Source: Candidatus Woesebacteria bacterium GW2011_GWB1_33_38 | GTDB taxonomy: Bacteria > Patescibacteriota > Microgenomatia > UBA8517 | Assembly: GCA_000990005.1 (NCBI GenBank) | Contig: LBPF01000003.1 | Location: 71,479-135,478 of the forward strand | Direction: 5' to 3' | Length of the DNA: 64,000 nt | Shown: positions 56,633 to 64,000 of the stretch, one piece after another | Position numbering within the stretch: the stretch's first letter is position 1 | Layout: each line of letters starts with the position of its first letter | The notes under the pieces: model-generated | Databases searched by the model: none | What the model saw: only the letters and a program-made list of their open reading frames with translations | Told to the model about the DNA's origin: nothing | Position numbers and translations under genes: made by a program

Positions 56633-57385
56633 ATGATTCTCAAAATAAAAAACATATTTGGTGAAGTTCTTGATGTTTTGATTGAAGGCAATAAAGATTC
56701 AAAAAATGTTGTAATATTTGTTCACGGATTTGGTACAGATAAAAATGAAGGTTTTGCTACATTTTTAGATTTAGCTAACTTTTTAGAAGACAAATATCTA
56801 ACTATCCGATTTGATTTGTCGGGATATGGTGCTAGTGAAGGTGAGGATTCTGAATTTCAGTTTCAAAAAGCAGCTGGAGATTTAGATTCCATTATAAGAT
56901 ATTCTAGAAGGAAATATCCTGATAAAGATATCAATATTATTGCTCACTCTCTAGGCACGTTCATTACAAGTCTCTTGTCACCGCATGAAATAAAAAAGAC
57001 CGTGTTTACCTCAGTTCCAAACTCTAACTCGGAATTTGTAATAAAACAATTGCAAGACAGGATCATAAAGCATGGTGGTACAATTGACGAAAAAGGTATC
57101 ACTCTGTATCCAAGGTCAAGTGGCGCTGTTCAAAAAATGGGTAAGGATTTTTGGAGGACTTTTCGAAATTTTGACATTTTAGAATACATAGCCGATTTTG
57201 CTAAGAAAACAAAAATTGTTATATATAAACCAAAACAAGATGATGTTTTGGAGTATAAATATTTTGATGAATATAAATCTATACCGAAGGTAAGTTATAT
57301 TGAAGTTGATGGCGATCATAATTTCAGAAAAGAAGAAGACAGACAAAGACTTTTTGAGAAAATCAAAGAATTTTTAGATAATTAA
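56633..57385 (+). CDS. Alpha/beta hydrolase
   Basis: FVHGFG, FDLSGYGASEG, AHSLG, GDHNF. Confidence 0.9.
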   Translation: MILKIKNIFGEVLDVLIEGNKDSKNVVIFVHGFGTDKNEGFATFLDLANFLEDKYLTIRFDLSGYGASEGEDSEFQFQKAAGDLDSIIRYSRRKYPDKDINIIAHSLGTFITSLLSPHEIKKTVFTSVPNSNSEFVIKQLQDRIIKHGGTIDEKGITLYPRSSGAVQKMGKDFWRTFRNFDILEYIADFAKKTKIVIYKPKQDDVLEYKYFDEYKSIPKVSYIEVDGDHNFRKEEDRQRLFEKIKEFLDN

Positions 57386-57390
57386 TAAAT

Positions 57391-58311
57391 ATGCCAACAA
57401 CTGCCCAAAATACAAGCTTTCGTGATTTACTAAAGTTAAAAAGTTTAGAAACTCAAAAAAGTTTTAAGGAAACTTTCCCTGATGCTCACCAATTTTTATT
57501 AGGGAAAGGATTGGAGCTTAAAAATTTAAGGCAATATTCAGCAAAACTAATTTCAGCTGGTGCTTTGACCGGAACACTTCTTCTTTCTCCTCCAACTGGA
57601 GCGACCCAGTTACCTATACCACTTGATATTGTGCAAAATATAGACAATTCAAATGCTAATGTAGTTCCACAGGAAGAATTTATAAATACCTTGAAAAAAT
57701 TGTTACCCTCAGAGGTAAGACCACTTGCTCGCGATGAAGAAAAAAGATTAGAAGTAGTAATTAGTGATATTTTAAGAATCAATTCCAAGGCAACACTTGA
57801 AGGGGAACATCTTAATACTACCTATGGTTATATTGGAGCTGAACAACATTTAAAAAGATATCCAGGAGATATTTTAGAAAACCATGGACCATATTACAAA
57901 GAAGGAATTGCTCCAGGTCTTGGTGCTTGGGGCTATTTTGCAAAATCAAAAGCAAATCTAACTGCAAATTTGGAAGAAACTGAGAAATGGTATTCAGTTG
58001 CTCAAACGCTTTATCTCCCAGACTGGAACAGTAGACAGCCATATTTAAGGGATTGGTATAAATATAGAAAACTATTAATTGTTAATACGGTCAATGGTAA
58101 TGCTGTTGTAACAGCACTTGCAGATTCAGGTCCTGCTGTTTGGACTGGAAAACACTTTGGTGGAAGCCCTGAAGTAATGGAATATCTAGGTGGAGCGCGG
58201 TACAAAAAAGGTGCAGTTTTGGTTTTTTTTGTTGACGATCCAGAAAACAAAATAAAATTAGGACCAGTTGTATATAATGATTTAAGCGGAAAGGATTTGA
58301 TAAAAATATGA
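57391..58311 (+). CDS. Hypothetical protein, possible RlpA-like double-psi beta-barrel
   Basis: IVNTVNGNAVVTALADSGPA resembles the RlpA V.N..NG..V...I.DRGP motif. Confidence 0.6.
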   Translation: MPTTAQNTSFRDLLKLKSLETQKSFKETFPDAHQFLLGKGLELKNLRQYSAKLISAGALTGTLLLSPPTGATQLPIPLDIVQNIDNSNANVVPQEEFINTLKKLLPSEVRPLARDEEKRLEVVISDILRINSKATLEGEHLNTTYGYIGAEQHLKRYPGDILENHGPYYKEGIAPGLGAWGYFAKSKANLTANLEETEKWYSVAQTLYLPDWNSRQPYLRDWYKYRKLLIVNTVNGNAVVTALADSGPAVWTGKHFGGSPEVMEYLGGARYKKGAVLVFFVDDPENKIKLGPVVYNDLSGKDLIKI

Positions 58312-58634
58312 CAGTACTTTTCTACGATAAATTGGTAGTTCTTAAGGGAGTTGACAAAAAAATAGAGAAGTTGGTGCAAGCAAATGATGAAAGACAAGAG
58401 CTTTGGCAAATGGTAGAAGAGATTGTTCACCATAAAGTTTTAGGTTGTTGTCTAACCCATTTACCACATGAACATCATCATCAGTTTTTGGAAATGTTTC
58501 ATGCTAGACCTCACGATACTAAGCTACTTGAATATCTAGATATCAAATCTAAAAAAGATATGAAGAAAATTATTAAAGAAGAAATAAAAAATTTAACTAA
58601 GGATCTCCTCCTTCTTGACTCTCACAAAGTGTAA
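58308..58634 (+). CDS. Hypothetical protein (His-rich helical)
   Basis: Overlaps the stop of the previous gene (ATGA coupling). Confidence 0.7.
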   Translation: MTVLFYDKLVVLKGVDKKIEKLVQANDERQELWQMVEEIVHHKVLGCCLTHLPHEHHHQFLEMFHARPHDTKLLEYLDIKSKKDMKKIIKEEIKNLTKDLLLLDSHKV

Positions 58635-60122
58635 CCAATCCTCAAGAATTTCCAAGAAAGTTTTTAAAGGGGCTTCAATAATAAAGTCAAAAATAAAACT
58701 TAAGATATTAAATTTGCTTATTTGATTTGATAAAAATTGTCCAACTTTAATAATGGGTAAAAATAAATAATCTAGAAGTGTTTCTAAAAATGATTCATTA
58801 TAATTATCAGGTAGTTGATAATCCTTAGAAATTTCTCTAACACGAAAAGCAAAAAAAGAAACTACAGATAAAAAGAATAAAAATATGATTTGGCTTATTG
58901 AACTAAAACCTAAAAGATTCAAAAACCATAATAGTCCTAAAACAAGAAAAGTTGTTGTGGTTAAAAATAAATAGAAAAATATTCTATCAGTTTTACCTTC
59001 TTTATTGTTAATTTTAATATATTCTGGAGTTATTTTAGTTTCCTCGGTATAAAAATATTCTTTGACTTTTTCAACCATACTTTCGGTATTTTTCTTATCT
59101 GGAAGTTTTACAGATGAATTAAAAAGTATCATTAGAGAAGGTGGAAATAAGATATTTATGGTTAATACGACATAATTAATTTTACTAAACATTATTTCTA
59201 TAGGAATTTCAATTAAAATAGCAAGAACCATTTTAGTTAAAAAGATATAAACGATACTTCTTTTGGAAGCTCTAATTACTTTGTCCTTGGTTTCAATATA
59301 TTTTTCCTCTAATATTTTAATGGCAGTTTTTGTTAAAACTTCACTATTGCCTGAAAACACTTCTATATTATTTGTATTTTCAATAATTTCTCGGATTAAA
59401 TTAAAAGGAGGGATCATTTGGCCAATCTTTCTTTTTAGAATATCTTTCTTTGAATAATTTAGATGTTTGTCGATTAATTTAAGAGTTTCAGACAATTTAA
59501 TTGGATCTGACCACTTCGGTAATAATACTTTAAGTAGTTTATAGGTTATTATAGTTTCACTGTTTTTGGCAAACGACCTTTCAACTGCTATATATATTTG
59601 AATATTTTTTGTTGCTAAATCGTTTTCTTCAAATTCTATTCTGGGAGTAATTGATGCTGAAACGAAATTAATAAGTATTTGATTTAATGGATTAAAACTT
59701 AGCACTTCTTCTATTTCGCAGGAGCATAGACCAATGAGTTTTTCAGAATAATTTGGTTTAAGGTTATTAATTACTTCTCTATACTTACTAATAATTAATG
59801 ATAGTGCTGATATTTTTGACGAGGCTATAGTGTTATTAATAAAATATTTAGCCCAAGATAATTCTTTAATTAATAGATTAGCAATTTTATTACTCTCTTG
59901 ATTTAAAAATAGTCTTCGTTTTAATATTCTTTCAATTGCTGCAACACGAACAAGATGTTCGTCCCGAAATTCAACAGCATTTCTAGCCTTTTCATATAAA
60001 AAAGCAAGATTTGAAGCAGTTTTTGTAGTTTTAATTGTTTCTGTAGTTACTTTTTGCCCAAATTTTTCGGCACTCTTTAAATCCTGAATTAAGCTGAGCG
60101 TTGTTTTATTTAGTGTTGTCAT
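58593..60122 (-). CDS. Hypothetical polytopic membrane protein
   Basis: 509 aa; YEKARNAVE..DEHL.R..AIERILKRRL; C-terminal TMs. Confidence 0.8.
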   Translation of the reverse strand: MTTLNKTTLSLIQDLKSAEKFGQKVTTETIKTTKTASNLAFLYEKARNAVEFRDEHLVRVAAIERILKRRLFLNQESNKIANLLIKELSWAKYFINNTIASSKISALSLIISKYREVINNLKPNYSEKLIGLCSCEIEEVLSFNPLNQILINFVSASITPRIEFEENDLATKNIQIYIAVERSFAKNSETIITYKLLKVLLPKWSDPIKLSETLKLIDKHLNYSKKDILKRKIGQMIPPFNLIREIIENTNNIEVFSGNSEVLTKTAIKILEEKYIETKDKVIRASKRSIVYIFLTKMVLAILIEIPIEIMFSKINYVVLTINILFPPSLMILFNSSVKLPDKKNTESMVEKVKEYFYTEETKITPEYIKINNKEGKTDRIFFYLFLTTTTFLVLGLLWFLNLLGFSSISQIIFLFFLSVVSFFAFRVREISKDYQLPDNYNESFLETLLDYLFLPIIKVGQFLSNQISKFNILSFIFDFIIEAPLKTFLEILEDWLHFVRVKKEEILS

Positions 60123-60188
60123 ATATTTTCAAATGACAGTATACTATTTTATGATTGACAAAGTTATCAAAGTTGTTTAAAGTTAACA

Positions 60189-60896
60189 ATGCCCAAAAGT
60201 AAAAGTGACGGATTTATTCATTTAGTACCTCTCTTAGTGATTGCAATAGCTGTTCTTACTATTAGTTTTACTGACTTTTCCAAGATTAAATCAAATTCAA
60301 CTTCAAACCAATCAGTTTTGAGTGAATCTGCAGGCGAGGATAATAATGGAGAAGACAAAAAAGATGAGGAAGATCAAAAAGAAGAAGAATCTAAAAGAAT
60401 AGAAACTAGAATTAAGACAAAATCTCGTGAATCAGAAGATGAAGTCGACGCTGATGAAGAAAATGAGTCGGAAACTGAAGTTGAAGTTGAAGATGAGTTG
60501 AAGGTAAAAGTCAAAATTAAGTTAAACGGAAGCGAATTTGAATTCGAATCTGAAGGAATTAATGCTGAAAGCAATTTTCCACTTTCTATTAATCCTGATA
60601 CAAATGAGTTGGTTGTGACAACCACAAAGGGTGAGAAAGTTGTAAGTATACTCCCAGATCAGGCTGTTGAGAATATGCTTGATAGTGAAAAGATTACTAC
60701 TGTTTTATCAACAAACATTGATGAAGATGAAAACGGGGAATTGGAGTATCAAATTGAGGGACAAGACGAAGAAAAGTTATTGGGCTTATTTAATATTAAA
60801 ATTCACAAAAAGTTTGTAGTTTCTGCGACCACTGGTCAAGAAATATCTTCTCAGGTTGATTTTCTAAATCAACTTCTTGACCTATTATCCTTCTAA
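60189..60896 (+). CDS. Secreted/anchored acidic protein with PepSY-like C-terminus
   Basis: N-terminal GF+TM segment, Glu-rich linker, VSATTGQ. Confidence 0.75.
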   Translation: MPKSKSDGFIHLVPLLVIAIAVLTISFTDFSKIKSNSTSNQSVLSESAGEDNNGEDKKDEEDQKEEESKRIETRIKTKSRESEDEVDADEENESETEVEVEDELKVKVKIKLNGSEFEFESEGINAESNFPLSINPDTNELVVTTTKGEKVVSILPDQAVENMLDSEKITTVLSTNIDEDENGELEYQIEGQDEEKLLGLFNIKIHKKFVVSATTGQEISSQVDFLNQLLDLLSF

Positions 60897-60927
60897 ATAG
60901 CTTATAATTTATTCTTATGAAGAAAAT

Positions 60928-61884
60928 ATGAAGAAACGATTTCAATCTGGATATGTTGACTTATTTATAACTATCTTGGCTTCAGCAGTTTTTATAGCTT
61001 CATTTGTAATAACATTTTTGAATGATAATGAGACCATCAAGGAAACTCAAATTCCACTCACCAGTATAATTTCTAATCCTACGACCACTCCATCATCGGC
61101 ACCAACAGTTACTCCTACGATAGTGGCAACTTTTATTCCAACTACAAAACCCACCATAAAGTCAACGGCTGTTCCGATTATTATTAATATTCCGCCAAAT
61201 GCTGGATATTCAAGACAAAGTGTAAAAACAGACGCAGGAATTTTTACTGTTAGTATAATTTCTGCAGATATATCCTCGACGAGAGTAATCGTTGATACAG
61301 CTTCAACTTCTGACTGCAATAGTAACTGCCCGGTGTTATCTTTATCTGATTATGTTTCTCGTAATAATGGATTTGCGGGTATAAACGGGACTTACTTTTG
61401 CCCAAAAGATTATCCAAGTTGTGTTGGTAAAGAAAATTCTTTTGATCTTTTGGTTATGAATAAAGATAAATATTATTTTAATTCTGGGAACAACGTATAC
61501 AGTACAAACCCAGTTGTTGGATTTAGAAGCGGGTCTGTTAATTTTGTAACAGCTGGTAGTCAATGGGGCAGGGATACTTCGCTAACAGGAGTACTTATGA
61601 ATTATCCACTTTTAGTTTTTAATGGGAATGTAACATTTGGAGGAGATGGTGACCCCAAAACGGGCAGTAAAGGGTCAAGAAGTTTTGTTGCAAATAGAGG
61701 AAATGTTGTTTATATTGGTGTTGTTCACTCTGCAACAGTTGCGGAATCTGCCAGAGTTATGAAAACATTAGGAATGGATAATGCCTTAAATTTGGACAAT
61801 GGTGGGTCAACGGCTCTTTGGTTTGGGGGCTATAAAGTCGGTCCAGGAAGACAAATCCCTAATGCAATAATTTTTGTTAGATAG
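60928..61884 (+). CDS. Phosphodiester glycosidase (NAGPA-like) family protein
   Basis: AGINGTYF, ALNLDNGGST, RQIPNAI; TM plus Thr/Pro linker. Confidence 0.88.
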   Translation: MKKRFQSGYVDLFITILASAVFIASFVITFLNDNETIKETQIPLTSIISNPTTTPSSAPTVTPTIVATFIPTTKPTIKSTAVPIIINIPPNAGYSRQSVKTDAGIFTVSIISADISSTRVIVDTASTSDCNSNCPVLSLSDYVSRNNGFAGINGTYFCPKDYPSCVGKENSFDLLVMNKDKYYFNSGNNVYSTNPVVGFRSGSVNFVTAGSQWGRDTSLTGVLMNYPLLVFNGNVTFGGDGDPKTGSKGSRSFVANRGNVVYIGVVHSATVAESARVMKTLGMDNALNLDNGGSTALWFGGYKVGPGRQIPNAIIFVR

Positions 61885-61886
61885 TC

Positions 61887-63095
61887 TTAACTTGTGAATG
61901 TTATAGCAATGCCTTTTTTATCTGCTCTGCCTGTTCTTCCAATTCTATGAATATAAGTATCATAGTCTTGAGGTTGATCATAATTTATAACATGACTGAC
62001 GTTTGGAATATCAAGTCCGCGGGAAGCCACGTCTGTTGCTATTAATATATTTATTCTATCAGCCTTAAACATTTCCAGTGTTTTTATTCTTTGATTTTGG
62101 CGTTTATTACCATGAATTGCATCTGCTTTGAATCCTTTAAATCTAAGTTCATTAGACAATTTTTGTACTCCATGTTTGGTTCTACCAAAAATAAGTACTT
62201 TTTCAAATCCCCTTTTACTTAAAAGTTCAAAAAGTTTGTTTATTTTTTGTCCTTGGTGCTCTATTTTTATGACTTCCTGAGCGACATTTTCTGCGGTATC
62301 CCCAGTTTTAACGGAAATTGTTACAGGATCGCTATTTACAAATTGTTTCAAAACTTCTTTGACTTTTCCATCAATTGTTGCCGAAAAAAACAGAGATTGC
62401 CTATTTCTTGGAAGTAAGGAAATTAATTTTTGAATGTCATGCAAAAAACCAATATCTACCATATGATCTGCTTCATCCAAAACTACATTAGTAAAATTAC
62501 TTAAATTTAAAGACCTTGTATTTACATGATCTAAAAGTCGTCCAGGAGTTCCAATTACAAAGTTAGGATTTCTGTTTAATTCCTGTCTTTGTCGGTTCAT
62601 GTTTTCTCCACCAATTGCCAGACTAGAGTAAAGTCCTAAGCCTCTTGAAATTGAAAAGAATTCATCTTGAATTTGTTTAGCAAGTTCTCTTGTTGGTGCA
62701 ACTATTAATACTTTTTCATTCCTGTCTTTTAACATTTTGTCTAAAAGTGGAATTAAAAATGCCAATGTTTTACCAGTTCCTGTATTTGCAATTCCAATTA
62801 GGTCCCTTCCTTTTAATATTTCAGGAACAGATTGGTCTTGAATAGGTGTGGGGTTTTTGTAATTTCTGTATGAAATATTTCTTTTTAATCTATCATCAAT
62901 TCTAAAGTTATCAAATGTATTCTGGCTAACATATTCGGTTCTAGCTACAGTTTCGGTTGTTTTTAAATTACTAATTGCGTGGGTTGGATCAAACATTTTA
63001 ATGTTACGCCTAAGTCCAGTAAAACTTCTTCCGCTGTTACCAAGAAAATTGCCACGACTTCCGCCACGAAATCCATATTTAGATCTGTTATACAT
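61887..63095 (-). CDS. DEAD-box RNA helicase
   Basis: PTPIQ, TGTGKT, PTRELA, DEAD, SAT, HRIGRTGRA. Confidence 0.98.
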   Translation of the reverse strand: MYNRSKYGFRGGSRGNFLGNSGRSFTGLRRNIKMFDPTHAISNLKTTETVARTEYVSQNTFDNFRIDDRLKRNISYRNYKNPTPIQDQSVPEILKGRDLIGIANTGTGKTLAFLIPLLDKMLKDRNEKVLIVAPTRELAKQIQDEFFSISRGLGLYSSLAIGGENMNRQRQELNRNPNFVIGTPGRLLDHVNTRSLNLSNFTNVVLDEADHMVDIGFLHDIQKLISLLPRNRQSLFFSATIDGKVKEVLKQFVNSDPVTISVKTGDTAENVAQEVIKIEHQGQKINKLFELLSKRGFEKVLIFGRTKHGVQKLSNELRFKGFKADAIHGNKRQNQRIKTLEMFKADRINILIATDVASRGLDIPNVSHVINYDQPQDYDTYIHRIGRTGRADKKGIAITFTS

Positions 63096-63206
63096 AAATT
63101 AATTAATGGGGAAAAACCAAAGAAGTAAATTTAAATTACTACCAGTCTTTCAAGTATCAAAAACTTGATACTCTCACACCAATAAAAGTATATTAGCAGT
63201 TTTCAA

Positions 63207-64000
63207 TTACTTAAGCAAGTCAGAAGCCTCAGACACATTTTTTGTTGCCATAAGTTTAAATCTTAAAGCACTAGCTCCCTTAAAACTATTAATATACATC
63301 TTAAAAAACTTTTTAATGCTTTCGTAATTTTGATCAGGTCTTAAAAGACTTAAATGTTTCAAAAGTATTTCTTTATATTCTTGCTGAGAGTGCGTTTTAC
63401 TATTGTTTTTGTCAAATACCCAAGGGTTTGAAAATATACCTCTACCTATCATAACTCCATCAACTTTATACTTTTTGTGGTATTCAAGTATTTGATCGTA
63501 ACTTTTAACATCCCCGTTTCCAATTACTACTGTGTGGGGAGAAGTTGCATTTTTAATTTCAACCGCTTTGGCTATTTCTTCCCAGTTTGCTGGAACATCT
63601 GACATTTGTCTTGCTGTTCTCCCGTGTATTGTTAACGCATCAATATTTTGTTCGAGTAAAAAAGTGATCCAATCGTTGGTTACAGCTTCTTTAACCCCAA
63701 TTCGAGTTTTGACACTTACGGGTAAATTATTTGCGCCTTTTTGGGTAGCACTGATTATTTCTTTAACCAGAGGACGGTTATTAATTAAAGCCGAGCAAGC
63801 TCCGGTTTTAACAACAGCTCTAACAGGGCACCCCATGTTGATATCAACTCCATCAAAACCTAAATCTTTAATAATTTTGGCGGATTTAAAAAAGTTTTCA
63901 GGGTTTGTTCCCCAAATTTGGGCTACAATTGGTTTTTGTCTTAGGCTAAATTTAAGTTTACTTAACGCCATCTTAACACCTGCTGAATTTAGACTGTCAA
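63207..64000 (-). CDS. dus: tRNA-dihydrouridine synthase (5' end outside window)
   Basis: DINMGCP, VSVKTRIG, TIHGRT, GNGDV, GVMIGRG; frame open to the window edge. Confidence 0.95.
   Translation of the reverse strand, partial: DSLNSAGVKMALSKLKFSLRQKPIVAQIWGTNPENFFKSAKIIKDLGFDGVDINMGCPVRAVVKTGACSALINNRPLVKEIISATQKGANNLPVSVKTRIGVKEAVTNDWITFLLEQNIDALTIHGRTARQMSDVPANWEEIAKAVEIKNATSPHTVVIGNGDVKSYDQILEYHKKYKVDGVMIGRGIFSNPWVFDKNNSKTHSQQEYKEILLKHLSLLRPDQNYESIKKFFKMYINSFKGASALRFKLMATKNVSEASDLLK

Noticed and set aside
60340-60500. GAA/GAT-rich low-complexity tract
   Set aside because: Explained by a Glu/Asp-rich protein linker
432-61563. Numerous antisense or alternate-frame ORFs in the track overlapping rpoC, fusA, tuf, secY, recA, cca and others
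   Set aside because: They overlap well-supported genes and are typical shadow ORFs
1-64000. CRISPR array, rRNA, integrase or transposase
   Set aside because: No regularly spaced repeats with unique spacers and no recognisable motifs were seen

Overview
AT-rich bacterial chromosome segment, most consistent with a Patescibacteria/CPR (Microgenomates-like) genome: rpL30 is absent between rpsE and rplO, several ribosomal proteins are shortened, AspRS is archaeal-type and the RNase P RNA is compact. Bases 1-27 kb hold rpoC (5'-partial) and the str, S10, spc and alpha clusters through rplM-rpsI. These are interrupted by small accessory inserts: orphan ORFs, an SPFH gene, an AbiEi/AbiEii pair and a secreted protein. 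The rest holds ABC transporters, tRNA-Pro(GGG) with an adjacent Zn-finger endonuclease-like gene, recA-recX-rny-hup, miaA, rnpB, dtd, nth, secDF, a HigBA-like TA, a methyltransferase, cca, recJ, aspS, a DD-carboxypeptidase, gltX, a DEAD-box helicase and dus (5'-partial). The most unusual signals are: (1) a promoter module with an (AG)n microsatellite spacer, repeated three times, each copy heading an unrelated small orphan ORF; (2) a 996-bp cassette inserted into the cca 3' end with a swapped C-terminus and a 23-bp direct repeat; (3) a promoter-leader peptide-attenuator controlling an orphan gene; (4) families of short palindromes and heptamer tandem repeats inside housekeeping genes that leave the frame intact; (5) pervasive leaderless or short-leader architecture and substitutions in EF-G, S12, RpoC and the rpoA 5' end. 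No CRISPR array, rRNA, integrase or transposase was recognised. All product calls come from motif recognition, not database searches.
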